Both the position numbers and the translations under genes were made by a program. The notes under the pieces were generated by a model. It searched no databases, was not told where the DNA came from, and saw only the letters and a program-made list of their open reading frames with translations. A stretch of DNA of 64,000 nt from an uncultured Ruficoccus sp. (GTDB lineage Bacteria > Verrucomicrobiota > Verrucomicrobiia > Opitutales > Cerasicoccaceae), in NCBI GenBank assembly GCA_965140785.1, contig OZ223521.1, forward strand, positions 76,718 to 140,717, in the 5' to 3' direction. Numbering within the stretch: position 1 is the stretch's first letter; each line of letters starts with the position of its first letter. Below are positions 28,104 to 38,433 of the stretch, one piece after another.

Positions 28104-28330
28104 GGGTCGGCCGGGTAGAGTGAAATTACAAGCGACAGGTTCAGTATGGTATTTTGCCCTGAAAGTTCAAGGATTACGGTCGTCGCTTGCGCCTGACCAT
28201 TTTCAGGGATGCCTTGCCTCGAATCAATAAAACGAGGAATCCAGAGCTGGCTTTACCGATGCATAACGCCCTTTGACGACGCGAGCTTACATCCCCCCCT
28301 GTGATTCACAAATAGTGATTCTCTTTATGG

Positions 28331-28366
28331 ACAAACAAGCCCTTCAGCGAGGGCTGAAGGGCTTGT
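28331..28366 (-). terminator. Rho-independent terminator
   Basis: Perfect 14-bp stem ACAAGCCCTTCAGC / GCTGAAGGGCTTGT, 4-nt loop, short T tail, just after the 28389 stop. Confidence 0.7.
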
Positions 28367-28388
28367 CGAGATGCAGTTGGATGGGATT

Positions 28389-31300
28389 TTATTCCTGGTA
28401 TTGGGGTATGAGTGTGAACCACTCAAAATGAGCGGCCGGGAGGTCAATAACCAGGGGTTTCCCTTCTTTGACGGTGAGGGTGACGGGCTCGGTGATTGCT
28501 GAAGGATTGTCGATCGGCAGCGGGACTGAAATGTCCCCTTCGGCGGCGCCGTGTATGGTCATCTCCGCGTTCTTGCGGTATTTCATGGACTTACACTCGA
28601 AAATGTAGGTGCCCGGTGCGACATCGACCTGGAAGGGCGTCGTTTTGTTCATCTGTACTGCGTCTTTATCGAGCAAGCTCTTGAGCCAGTGGGCATTGAT
28701 GTTTTTACCCGAGACCTTTTCTAAAAATCCGAAGCCCTTTTCTGGCGTGTAGAGGTCTTCTTTCACGACCGTGGTAAAGGGGCGGATGTAGCCGACTTTT
28801 TTCTTCCCGACATCTTCATGTGAGCCGAAGTCGAAGAGGTAGGGGTTGCATTCTGAGAGAAAGGCCATTTTCTTGCGCCGTTCGGTCTCCCTCTGAATCG
28901 CCTGATTCAGCAGCGCCTGGACGACTTCTTCGTTCGCGATATCTCTGAGGTAGAGGGGGAACGGCCCGAGCTGAAAGCTCTCGTTCAGGATTTGCTCACT
29001 TTTAGCGCCAAAAGCGTTCGTGACCTGGCATTTGCCCAGATTGATCCCGAGGGGGACATTGTCCTCGTAGGAATGGGCCGTGAGCATATAGCCGTCTGCG
29101 GTTCGCCAGTAGTAGATCCAGACACGGGGGTCGTCGGTTTTCAGGCGGTGTGAGCGAAGTGTCGTGACCGTGTCCATCTGACGGATCATCGTGGCCATGG
29201 TAAAATACGATGCGCGTAGCGATCCGTCGTTGCGGATGAGTCCGGCTCCACCGTGGTGAGTGGGAGTTGACCCGGCGATGCGGTAGATCATGACTTTTTC
29301 GATGCCGTTGGCTAAAGCGATCATGCAGCTACGGGGGAGCTTGCCGGCTTGGTGGCGTTCGGTGCGTCCGATCGGGCCACCGACATCGTAGCCCATTTCG
29401 GTGACCCAGATGGGCATACCGGGTTTGAGTTTGTCGCGCCAGTCAGCCAGTTCCATCAGGTATTGCTCGATGGTTTTCGAGTTGGCTTCACCCTTGCCGG
29501 TCCGGTTGGCATTCGGGTCCCGGGTGGCCGTTTCCGGCTCTTGCTTACCGGTGTAGTAGTGGACGCTCAAGACATCGGTGAAATCCAGGGGCGTCTTGCC
29601 GTCGCTGTAGGTGTAAGTGGCCATGGTGTCGATCCAGTCCATGGTGATTCCTGCCCATCCGCCGTTGGAGGTCACTGCGTCCGGGTTGATCTTTTTAAGT
29701 GCCTCGGCACCGACGCGGTACAGCTCATAGAACTCTTCGATTGGCCCGACGAAGAAGCCCCAGCTCTTGTTCGTGAGGTTTTGCTCATTCCAGAGTTCGA
29801 AGGTGGTGATGTAGCCCAGACCGCTTTTCTTGTCTTTAGTGAGGAGAAGGTCGGGTGAGACTTTTTTGCTGCCGTAGCGGGCAACTGCCTGCGCGACGGC
29901 CTTGCCGTAGTCTTCATTGTTTTTGGGGGCGTAGCGCTTGCGGTTCTTTTTCACATCGGGCGGTGCGGAGGTGGCCCATTTGGGCGTTTCAAAGATATAG
30001 GGCAGGATTGAGAGCCCGGCCTTGTGGAATTCCCCGAAATACTCATCAAAGGGGACGTGCCAGGGGCCGACGGACCCGTCGAAGCCGAAGTCGTTAGGAG
30101 CGGGGTTGTAGAAAGGCCATTTCAGGTTTTCAAACCGGACCCAGCCAAAGCCTACCCGAGTCATCTGCGGGATATAGTGGGGACTGTTAGTGTTGATGCC
30201 GAAGCGCGATTCGGGGCGGATTTCGACCGAGCCTTCGGGCATGACAAAGTAGTCCCCGATTTTGACTTTAGTGCCCTGTTCGGTCTCATACTTGACCCCG
30301 AAAAGGTAGGCGTTGGGGCCGAGCGGTTGGCTCGGTTTTATCGAAACCATTTTAAAGGAGTGCGGGGGGATCACGAATTTACTCGTCTGCTCATCGACAG
30401 TCTCTCCGACGGTGGGGATCGCAATCGTTTCGTCGGCTAGTCCGTCATAAACACGGATCGAGCCCAGTGACCGAAAAAGGCCAGGGAGATTATCTCCATG
30501 ATCGTGGTGACGGATTCGCAGTAGGCGTGCCTGGACTGGAGAGGAGAGCTTTACTTGTACGTATTTCCAGTTTTTGTACAGGTCGATGTTCTGAAGCTCG
30601 GCGACCGGCTTGTAGTTACGCCCGTCAGTGGACACATCAATATCGACGCTGCGGATCCAGTTGCCGTCTCCGGGCTTGAGGTCAATGGCCGTGATCGGGC
30701 GAACCTGCCCCAGGTCCAGTATTTCGAAGAGTTCTGTGTAGCCCTCCTTGGGCATAACCGGCTGCAGGCAGGTGTCCTCCAAGCCGTCAGTAAGCGTGTT
30801 GTCGTCAACACGTTCACCGCCGATGACGAACCAGCTTTTCGTGCCCTGAGCGTGGTCACTGCCCAGCTCAGGGTCGGGGAGCTCCGGAGTCTGGTACTGG
30901 GGGTTGGTCTGCAAGCTGCTGTGAACGGTCAGCGTCTGAGGGCTGGCCGTAAAGTTGTGAACGATAAGTGAGCCAGTAAAGGTGTCTCCTGGCTCACCCC
31001 AAGGCGGAGAACTGAGCTGCAGCTGGAAAGAAGGGCTGTCAGCGTTGTGTTGGGAGACTGCGGTAAGTGCGTCGACGACGACGGAGGAGCGACCTGCGCC
31101 GCCGGCAAACCAGACGATGTGCACACTTTTTAAGGGTAAGTCCACTTTACCGTTTTTGTCCGGTTGTTTATAGGCGGGGCGATAGCCTCCGTCCTGGAGG
31201 TTGGTCTCCACCCATTTCCAACCCTCCCAGTCTGCATCGACGAGCGAATACAAAGCTTCGCCTTCGGCATCGTGCACCTGGAATCCTACCTGGCGGGTAT

Positions 31301-31691
31301 TTGACTCGGGAGTAAGATAGACCCACATGCCCAGTTCCTCAATCTCACCCTCCGGGGTGACAGAGAGGGTGTAGTCGCCTTTTGAGCTTCCGCCCTCGGC
31401 GTCGGCGGAGAGCTCGACCGCGTGTTGCCCGACCTTTGCTGCGACACCATCGTAGGGAAGGGCTTGTTTGTTGGACATTTTATATGCGTCTTTCCCGGCG
31501 ATATCGCCAGCATCGAGTGGGGAAAGAAGCAGGATTTGCTTACCCTCAGCTGCCGCCCGGTCATGAGCGGAGTTTTCAGGGACGACCTCCTCACCGTAGA
31601 GGGCCGCTGGAGTCGCGGTAGCGATCAGTCCGAGCAGTAGTAGACGAGGGAGGCGTGTCGGGGTCAGCCGTAAGTTATGAGGATACTTCAT
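28389..31691 (-). CDS. Secreted multidomain clan GH-A-like hydrolase (GH39-like) with an F5/8 type C (CBM32-like) domain
   Basis: Start re-set to ATG 31691 (MKYPHNLRL..LLLLGLIATATPAALYG). ILDLGQVR...VSTDG...ARLLRI (F5/8); FGIN, WVR, ELWNEQN, SVHYY and WVTEMGY barrel motifs. Confidence 0.75.
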   Translation of the reverse strand: MKYPHNLRLTPTRLPRLLLLGLIATATPAALYGEEVVPENSAHDRAAAEGKQILLLSPLDAGDIAGKDAYKMSNKQALPYDGVAAKVGQHAVELSADAEGGSSKGDYTLSVTPEGEIEELGMWVYLTPESNTRQVGFQVHDAEGEALYSLVDADWEGWKWVETNLQDGGYRPAYKQPDKNGKVDLPLKSVHIVWFAGGAGRSSVVVDALTAVSQHNADSPSFQLQLSSPPWGEPGDTFTGSLIVHNFTASPQTLTVHSSLQTNPQYQTPELPDPELGSDHAQGTKSWFVIGGERVDDNTLTDGLEDTCLQPVMPKEGYTELFEILDLGQVRPITAIDLKPGDGNWIRSVDIDVSTDGRNYKPVAELQNIDLYKNWKYVQVKLSSPVQARLLRIRHHDHGDNLPGLFRSLGSIRVYDGLADETIAIPTVGETVDEQTSKFVIPPHSFKMVSIKPSQPLGPNAYLFGVKYETEQGTKVKIGDYFVMPEGSVEIRPESRFGINTNSPHYIPQMTRVGFGWVRFENLKWPFYNPAPNDFGFDGSVGPWHVPFDEYFGEFHKAGLSILPYIFETPKWATSAPPDVKKNRKRYAPKNNEDYGKAVAQAVARYGSKKVSPDLLLTKDKKSGLGYITTFELWNEQNLTNKSWGFFVGPIEEFYELYRVGAEALKKINPDAVTSNGGWAGITMDWIDTMATYTYSDGKTPLDFTDVLSVHYYTGKQEPETATRDPNANRTGKGEANSKTIEQYLMELADWRDKLKPGMPIWVTEMGYDVGGPIGRTERHQAGKLPRSCMIALANGIEKVMIYRIAGSTPTHHGGAGLIRNDGSLRASYFTMATMIRQMDTVTTLRSHRLKTDDPRVWIYYWRTADGYMLTAHSYEDNVPLGINLGKCQVTNAFGAKSEQILNESFQLGPFPLYLRDIANEEVVQALLNQAIQRETERRKKMAFLSECNPYLFDFGSHEDVGKKKVGYIRPFTTVVKEDLYTPEKGFGFLEKVSGKNINAHWLKSLLDKDAVQMNKTTPFQVDVAPGTYIFECKSMKYRKNAEMTIHGAAEGDISVPLPIDNPSAITEPVTLTVKEGKPLVIDLPAAHFEWFTLIPQYQE

Positions 31692-31820
31692 AGCTTGATA
31701 ATGAACGAGCGGGGTGAGGTTTTCTGCGTTGGCCTGACGATTCAGCGAGGTCCGCAGTGATTCGACCAAGCTTAAATGAAGGGACACTCGGTGAAAGCGT
31801 AATATGCCGATTGAGCTGTT

Positions 31821-31869
31821 AAACCGGTATGCTTATAGGATTGTACGGGGGACATTGTCATACCGGTTC
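31821..31869. promoter_or_regulatory. Pair of LacI-type operator-like sites in a divergent promoter region
   Basis: AAACCGGTAT (31821-31830) and the inverted near-copy ATACCGGTTC (31860-31869). Confidence 0.5.
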
Positions 31870-31954
31870 TTTGCTGCAAACGGTGATCGAACTTGAATGC
31901 TCAGCGATAACGCGCGCAAGCTGGTTGCCTGTACGATCCTGACATAATCCGGCC

Positions 31955-34111
31955 ATGAATCCCTACCAAGACCCAAGCGTACCGATCGAAAATAGAGTGT
32001 CCGACCTGATCGCGCGTATGTCTCTGCGCGAGAAAATCGGGCAACTGAACCAAGTCTTTGCGACGGACAAAACGGAAATGGAGCTACTGCCGCTCATTCG
32101 TGAGGGCGGTGCCGGGTCGCGCATACTGGCCAGTTCCTGGCACGCGGGCAGCGATGAGGACCAGCAGTTTGCCTACGAGGCTCTGCATGAGTGCCAGCGT
32201 GTGGCTGTGGAAGAGAGCCGACTGGGGATACCTCTGATCTTTGCCCGTGACGTGATTCATGGACACCTGACCATCTTTCCCATCCCGCTGGCGCAGGCAG
32301 CTAGTTGGAACCCATCTATCGTACAGCAAGCCGCTCGCATCGCTGCCCGGGAGGCGGCGGCGGACTATGTGCACTGGACCCTGGCGCCGATGCTGGATGT
32401 CGCGCGTGATCCACGCTGGGGCAGGGTGATCGAGGGCTGCGGCGAAGACCCCTGGCTGTGTGGTCAAATGGCCAAGGCCATGGTGCGTGGCTTCCAGGGG
32501 GACAACCTGAGAGACCCCGATGCCGTTCTTTCCTGTGCCAAGCACTTTGCCGGCTATGGTGCCGCCGAGGGAGGACGTGATTACAACACCGTGGAGATTT
32601 CGGAAAACACCCTGCGCAATGTTTACCTGCCGCCTTTTCAGGCTGCGCTGGAGGAAGGTGTTGGCTCTGTGATGTGCGCCTTTCACGACCTGAACGGAAC
32701 CCCATGCACGACCCACCGTTTTTTACTTAAGCAAGTGCTTCGTCAGGAGTGGGGATTTGCCGGCATTGTTATCAGTGACTGGGATTCCATTAAGGACACG
32801 GTGCTTCATGGAACCGCCGAAGACCAGGCAGATGCCGCGAGTCAGGCGATCAAGGTCGGCGTGGATATGGAAATGGTTGACGCCTGTTATCGGGGGAATC
32901 TGGAAAAACTGGTGGGGGACGGTCGGGTTGAAGAGTCCTGTATCGATGAGGCGGTGGCCCGCATCCTCCACGCGAAGTTTTCTCTCGGGCTCTTTGAACG
33001 CCCGTACACTCCCAATGGCGGACAACAGGCGGTGCACTTGTTGCCTGAGCATCTTGACTGCGCCTATCAACTGGCTGTCGAGTCTGCTGTGCTGCTCAAA
33101 AATGAAGCCGGGATATTACCGATAGAGTGTGAAGCCGCCGGTCGAGTCGCATTGATCGGGCCCTTGTGCCAAGCCCAGCGGGAGCTGCTTGGCAACTGGA
33201 CACTGGATGGGCGTGCCAGCGATGTGACGAGTATTCAAAATGCCATGACAGATGTCATGCCTGACTTGTTGGTCTGCGATGCGGGTGCTCCCGCCGATAC
33301 GCAACTGCGGCGCGCTCGGGCGGCCGATACGGTCATTATTGTTGTGGGTGAGGATCATCAACGAAACGGAGAGAACGCCAATGTCGCGGAGCTTGCCCTG
33401 CCACCGGGGCAGGAGGAACTGGTTGCCGCCGTGCATGCGCTAGGCAAGAAAATTATATTGGTCGTATGTGCGGGAAGGCCTCTTGTGATGACGCGTATTG
33501 AACCGATGGCGTCGGCGATCCTGTGGATGTGGCATCCGGGGACAGAGGGCGGCAAGGCGGCCGTTGACTTGCTCGTGGGCAAAGTGGTTCCTAGTGGAAA
33601 GCTGCCGATCACATTTCCGCGTGCGACCGGGCAGGTGCCGATTTATTATAACTACAAACGTACGTGTCGCCCGGTTGACGACTACTATGGCAAGGATTCC
33701 CGTTACCTGGATTTGCCCGGAAGGCCCTTGTATCCCTTTGGTTTCGGCCTCAGCTACACGCAGTTCTCCTATTCAGACTTTAAGCTTGATGCCGAATCCG
33801 TTGACTTTGGTGGGAGCGTGACGGCCTCGGTCATGGTGACTAATACCGGAATGCGGGCCGGAGACGAAATTGTCCAGTGCTATGTCCGCGATGACTGCGC
33901 CAGCACCACGCGCCCGGTTCGGGAGCTAAAGGGTTTCCACAAGTTACACCTGGAGCCTGGTCAATCTGAGCGGGTGGAGTTTCGCCTCGGCGAGCAGGAG
34001 CTGGGCTTTTACGGAGATGAACAAAGGTGGGTCGTCGAAGCCGGTACCTTTCATGTGTGGATAGGGGCGGACAGTACGGCAACGCTGGGCGGGACGTTCC
34101 GCATGGGGTAA
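31955..34111 (+). CDS. GH3 beta-glucosidase (BglX-like), no signal peptide
   Basis: SRLGIP, DVIHG, RDPRWGR..E..GED, KHFAGYG, ISDW (nucleophile), PSGKLP.TFP, YPFGFGLSY and a C-terminal FnIII-like domain. Confidence 0.95.
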   Translation: MNPYQDPSVPIENRVSDLIARMSLREKIGQLNQVFATDKTEMELLPLIREGGAGSRILASSWHAGSDEDQQFAYEALHECQRVAVEESRLGIPLIFARDVIHGHLTIFPIPLAQAASWNPSIVQQAARIAAREAAADYVHWTLAPMLDVARDPRWGRVIEGCGEDPWLCGQMAKAMVRGFQGDNLRDPDAVLSCAKHFAGYGAAEGGRDYNTVEISENTLRNVYLPPFQAALEEGVGSVMCAFHDLNGTPCTTHRFLLKQVLRQEWGFAGIVISDWDSIKDTVLHGTAEDQADAASQAIKVGVDMEMVDACYRGNLEKLVGDGRVEESCIDEAVARILHAKFSLGLFERPYTPNGGQQAVHLLPEHLDCAYQLAVESAVLLKNEAGILPIECEAAGRVALIGPLCQAQRELLGNWTLDGRASDVTSIQNAMTDVMPDLLVCDAGAPADTQLRRARAADTVIIVVGEDHQRNGENANVAELALPPGQEELVAAVHALGKKIILVVCAGRPLVMTRIEPMASAILWMWHPGTEGGKAAVDLLVGKVVPSGKLPITFPRATGQVPIYYNYKRTCRPVDDYYGKDSRYLDLPGRPLYPFGFGLSYTQFSYSDFKLDAESVDFGGSVTASVMVTNTGMRAGDEIVQCYVRDDCASTTRPVRELKGFHKLHLEPGQSERVEFRLGEQELGFYGDEQRWVVEAGTFHVWIGADSTATLGGTFRMG

Positions 34112-34123
34112 CGCCATGGGGTG

Positions 34124-35707
34124 TTAGGGGCGGCCCGGTATCGCGCTGAAACGCAGGATTCGGCTCGTTGCGTCGTTATCCTCGCTGATGCAGTAGAGAC
34201 CGATCAGCATGCCAGTGAAGCCGCCGATCACCTCTGTGGAGAGCAGGCGGGAAACTCCGTGACCGACCTCTTGCCATTGGCCTCCCTCTGGTCTCACCGA
34301 AAAAATGAAACCGTGTTGCTGACGGCAGCCGGGATACTCAAGTTCAGTGCTATCCAGGCGTAGTTCGTAGCACTCAGCCTTACCAAGGGAGGTCTCACAG
34401 ACATCCTCCTGCCCAAGGATATGCCGGGTCAGGCGGGCTCTTACCTGTCCGTCAGGGAGGCACCTGACCCCCAGCGCATAATAGCCGGAAGCATCCATGT
34501 AGGCGACTATTCCGCTCTCAACGCCGGAGGTAGAAGGCTGTAGTAATGCGTCGAAATGTCCACTGTGCCAAGCTAAACGGGTCCCAACAAAACCCTGCGG
34601 CTGGTTTCTGCTCAAGCTGTCCGAGAGTGCGTGGAGGATGAGGCCCGGAGACTCGCTGAGGCTATAAGCATTTTGGTATGAACTGCCGAGTGTCACCCAG
34701 TTGTGAGAGAGTTTTTTCCCGTCAAAACAGTCCATCCAGGGGGGCGGTGTTTTAGCCGCCGTATCAGTGGATGTCGGGGGCGTCAATTGGAGTTCCTTGC
34801 TCTCTTCGATGACAGGCCAGCCATCGTCGGACCAGGTTACCGGAGTTATAAAGCTTTCCCTTCCGGTGATGTGCATGGGGTGATAACCGATCGGGCGTAC
34901 CCCGAGAAAAACCATCCACCAGTGTCCCGTCGCGTCCTCCACGAAGTCCGCGTGCCCGGTGTTTTGTATCGGGTGATCAGTACCGGCGTGGCAGAGGATC
35001 GGGTTGTGTGGACAGGCAACCCATGGGCCGAGCGGTGAATCGGAACGGCCGATCATGACGCGGTGGCAGCTCTCTGTGCCCCCTTCTGCCAGCACCAGAT
35101 ACCAGAAGTCGCCCCGACTAAAAACATGGGGAGCCTCGGTTGCCTTACCCCCGAAACCGGATGACAAGTGCTCCCTGCGAGTGAGGCCGCGCCCGGTCAG
35201 CGGATCGAGTTCAAACTGAATCAGCCCGTAGCTTTCGCCAAGTTGAGGGTCCCAGGTTGTTTGGCATAGCGTGGTGCCATCTTCCAGAAAAGTCAGTGAG
35301 GGGTCGATGCCTCCCTGATGGCTGGAGTCGATCCAGATGGGATCGGACCAAGGCTCAGCGGGGTCTGTCGCGGTAACGATGAAGTGGCCGCCATTATCAA
35401 CATTGGTAGTGATCAAGTAAAAGCGTTGGCCGTCGTGGCGCAGTGTCGGGGCATAGATTCCACCGCTGATGATGTTTTGGGCATGTCGAAACGGCAACTG
35501 TTGCGGGCGGTCCAACAGGTGGCGCACGAATCGCCATGTGTGCAGGTCTTCGCTCGCATAGAGTGGCACTCCCGGGAATAAGCCAAAGGTACTTGTCGCT
35601 AGATAGAACGTAGAGCCAACGCGACAGATTGTCGGGTCAGGATGCATGCCAGGGAGGATAAGTCGCTTCGCCATGAGGTCAGAGTACGGGGCCGTTGGTG
35701 ACTTCAC
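34124..35707 (-). CDS. GH43 beta-xylosidase/arabinofuranosidase with C-terminal beta-sandwich
   Basis: HPDPTICR, YAPTLR, GIDPS, EAPH, AEGGT, GHAD and GRE motifs. Alternative start at ATG 35674. Confidence 0.92.
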   Translation of the reverse strand: MKSPTAPYSDLMAKRLILPGMHPDPTICRVGSTFYLATSTFGLFPGVPLYASEDLHTWRFVRHLLDRPQQLPFRHAQNIISGGIYAPTLRHDGQRFYLITTNVDNGGHFIVTATDPAEPWSDPIWIDSSHQGGIDPSLTFLEDGTTLCQTTWDPQLGESYGLIQFELDPLTGRGLTRREHLSSGFGGKATEAPHVFSRGDFWYLVLAEGGTESCHRVMIGRSDSPLGPWVACPHNPILCHAGTDHPIQNTGHADFVEDATGHWWMVFLGVRPIGYHPMHITGRESFITPVTWSDDGWPVIEESKELQLTPPTSTDTAAKTPPPWMDCFDGKKLSHNWVTLGSSYQNAYSLSESPGLILHALSDSLSRNQPQGFVGTRLAWHSGHFDALLQPSTSGVESGIVAYMDASGYYALGVRCLPDGQVRARLTRHILGQEDVCETSLGKAECYELRLDSTELEYPGCRQQHGFIFSVRPEGGQWQEVGHGVSRLLSTEVIGGFTGMLIGLYCISEDNDATSRILRFSAIPGRP

Positions 35708-35748
35708 GGCATGTGTTTTATGCCGGAGGGGGACGAGTCAATTCGCCG

Positions 35749-35766
35749 AATAATAGATCGGTTTGT
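35749..35766 (-). promoter_or_regulatory. Operator-like motif upstream of GH43
   Basis: Minus strand ACAAACCGATCTATTATT, 16/18 identical to 41787-41804 (ACAAACCGGTCTACTATT). Confidence 0.6.
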
Positions 35767-35817
35767 TGGAGGGCATGAGACGGGTTCCTTGACTATAGAC
35801 TCTGTCTTTTAATTATC

Positions 35818-35948
35818 TCAAGTCGTCCACTTAGCGGAAGTTTTACCGTCTTTTTTCTACGGTCCCTTACCCCAAGGCACGTTTACTCATCTCGACATAT
35901 CTTCATATACCTCGCAGCGAAAGCTGCGGTTTCTGGCAGTAGAATACG
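35818..35948 (-). mobile_element. Possible non-autonomous IS200/IS605-derived mini-element
   Basis: Hairpin CGCAGC-GAAA-GCTGCG flanked by TTCAT and TTTCTGGC (left-end-like), a short decayed stretch, and a second small hairpin ending in TTGAG on the minus strand. Pattern resemblance only. Confidence 0.3.
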
Positions 35949-36015
35949 ATGAGGATCCGCGTTTAGAGGTTGGAAGGCAGGCCCTTGGGTTAGAATCGGT
36001 GGAGCCACTCATCGC

Positions 36016-38415
36016 ATGAAATTGAGCAAGCTAATTCTGTCACCGGGAAACCCTGACCTGGCCGGGATTGCCCGTCAGTATCCGTTAGAGGAGGCTGCCT
36101 GGATTTGGGCGGATGACGCCGGAGCTGTGCCGCCTGTGTTCGTTCGTTTTCGATTAAGCTTTATCTCTGACGGGACGCCGATCCGCATGCATGTGAGCGC
36201 AGACCAGCGCTATGAGATGACAGTGGACGGCGAGCATGTCTCCCGTGGTCCGGAGGCCGGAGACCCGCGGCATTGGGCATTCTCTTCCTATGAACTGGAT
36301 TTGACTGAAGGAGAGCATGAGCTTTGTGCGCTTGTCTGGGCTATCGGCGGGCATGCGCCTCATGCCCACATGACGCATGAGCCCGGGTTTGTTCTCGCGG
36401 CAGAGGGGGAGTATGCTCAGGTGCTGGACACGGGGCTGGCACCCTGGACGGCCGAGGTGCTAGGGGGGATCAGCCTCCTGCCGGAGCGTAAAATGCCCGG
36501 CCCTCATTTTATCGGTTCGGCGGGGCAACTCGATGCGCGGGTATTTCAATGGGAGCCAGTGAATGAAAAACCGGCCGTAGTCGTGCAGCCCGCTCTGCCG
36601 GACTGGGGGTGGCGATGGGGACTGCGTATGAGTGAGCGGTGCGTGCGTCCGGCCATGCTGCCGGAGCAACGAGCCGAGACGGTCCGGCCCGGTCGTATTT
36701 GTGCGGTACTGTCTGATTCGGGCGAGCCGGGGACGTTTACTTTTGTGCCGCCGGAGGCCTGCAATGACCCGCGTGTGTCCCTGTTCGAGAGCTTACTGAA
36801 CAAGGGGAGGACGGTTCACTTTGAACCCGGCGAATCTGTGGCTATTCTCTGGGATCTGGAGGATTATTACTGCGGATACCCGGTGCTGAGTGTGGCGGCG
36901 GGGAGGGACTCCTCCTTGACGGTTGAGTGGGCGGAGTCTTTGTTTGACGAGTTGGAGCCGGTGCCAGGGGCTGAGTCTGCGGCCAAGGGGCAGCGGGATG
37001 CTGTCGGTGGGAAGTACTTTCGGGGATTTGGAGATACCTATATTGCCGACGGAGAGGAGCGCGGCTGGCGTCACTTCTGGTGGCGCTCGGGGCGCTTTCT
37101 GATCTTGCGTGTCAAGGTCTCCACTGAACCACTTGAGTTGAGAGAGTGGTGTATTGAAAAAGTCGGTATGCCGTTGGAGTTTGAGGGCGGTTTTGAGGCT
37201 GATGCTGAGCTTCGTCATGTGCTCAGGATGTGTCAACGTGGGCTGGAAATGTGCGCTCACGAACACTTCGTGGATTGTCCCCATTATGAGCAATTGATGT
37301 ACCTGGGTGACAGCCGGGTGCAGGCCTTGTGCCTTTATGCCAGCGTGCGGGACGCCTCCCTGCAGCGGCGTTCTCTCGTACTCGCAGACTGGTCTCGAAT
37401 GAAGCAGGAAGGCGGATGGACGCTCTGCCGTTATCCTGCCCGGGGGGATGCCTTGATTCCACCGTTTAGCCTGATCTGGATCGGTATGCTCCGCGACCAC
37501 CTTGACTGGCGGGGGGAGGCTGACTTTGTACGGAGTCTGCTTCCGGGCGTCTGGGCGGTACTTCAGTGTTGCCAGCGCTACCTCGACAAAAACGGTTTGC
37601 TTGGCCAACTGCCCGGGTGGCCCTTTGTTGACTGGTCGCCTGAGTGGGACAATGGCGTGCCGCCGGGGGCGCTCGATGGTGCCTCATCGGTGGTTAACCT
37701 CCTCTACGCCTGGGCGCTTAAGCATGCGGTGTATTTGGCGACTCATTTAGGGGAGCCTGCACGCGCATCTATGCTAAGAGAGCGGCGGGCACATCTGCTG
37801 CATACGGTGCGTACGGTTTTCTGGGACGAAAATCGGGGCTTGATGGCCGACGATGAGCAACACCGCTCGTTCAGCCAGCATGGGCAGGTACTGGCGATCC
37901 TGAACCATGCGCTGGACAAGGAGCAAGCAGCCCGTGCCTGGCGAGGGTGCCGCGAAGAAGCTCTGCATGAAACTACGTTGTACTTTCGGCATTATTTCTT
38001 TGAAGCCGCTTTTCTTCAACACGACCCCGAGGCTTTCTTCCGGGGCTTGAAGCCGTGGCACGACATGCTTGAGGCAGGGGCATGCACGCCCTGGGAACGC
38101 CCGGAGCCGAGCCGGTCCGATTGTCATGGGTGGGGCAGCAATCCTCTGTTTTGGACTCGCGCCGGGCTGGCTGGAATTCGGCCGGCGGCCCCCGGTTTCA
38201 AATCCGTACGTGTCGCTCCTCAGCCCGGGCCATTGAATCGCCTGGAGGTAGCGATGCCACACCCGGCAGGCATGATCGAAGCGAAACTGACGTTCGCTGA
38301 GGGTGAATGCCGGGGCTCGATTGATCTGCCTGCCGATGTCAGTGGAACCTTTCATTGGCAGGGGCATCGTCAAGCTCTTCATGGCGGTCGAAACCCTTTA
38401 TCTTTACCCATATAA
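36016..38415 (+). CDS. GH78 alpha-L-rhamnosidase
   Basis: SADQRY...G..VSRGP, DCPHYEQLMYLGD, FVDW and TPWE....RSDCHGW motifs; no signal peptide. Confidence 0.9.
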   Translation: MKLSKLILSPGNPDLAGIARQYPLEEAAWIWADDAGAVPPVFVRFRLSFISDGTPIRMHVSADQRYEMTVDGEHVSRGPEAGDPRHWAFSSYELDLTEGEHELCALVWAIGGHAPHAHMTHEPGFVLAAEGEYAQVLDTGLAPWTAEVLGGISLLPERKMPGPHFIGSAGQLDARVFQWEPVNEKPAVVVQPALPDWGWRWGLRMSERCVRPAMLPEQRAETVRPGRICAVLSDSGEPGTFTFVPPEACNDPRVSLFESLLNKGRTVHFEPGESVAILWDLEDYYCGYPVLSVAAGRDSSLTVEWAESLFDELEPVPGAESAAKGQRDAVGGKYFRGFGDTYIADGEERGWRHFWWRSGRFLILRVKVSTEPLELREWCIEKVGMPLEFEGGFEADAELRHVLRMCQRGLEMCAHEHFVDCPHYEQLMYLGDSRVQALCLYASVRDASLQRRSLVLADWSRMKQEGGWTLCRYPARGDALIPPFSLIWIGMLRDHLDWRGEADFVRSLLPGVWAVLQCCQRYLDKNGLLGQLPGWPFVDWSPEWDNGVPPGALDGASSVVNLLYAWALKHAVYLATHLGEPARASMLRERRAHLLHTVRTVFWDENRGLMADDEQHRSFSQHGQVLAILNHALDKEQAARAWRGCREEALHETTLYFRHYFFEAAFLQHDPEAFFRGLKPWHDMLEAGACTPWERPEPSRSDCHGWGSNPLFWTRAGLAGIRPAAPGFKSVRVAPQPGPLNRLEVAMPHPAGMIEAKLTFAEGECRGSIDLPADVSGTFHWQGHRQALHGGRNPLSLPI

Positions 38416-38433
38416 CCTCATCCCTCATCTCCT

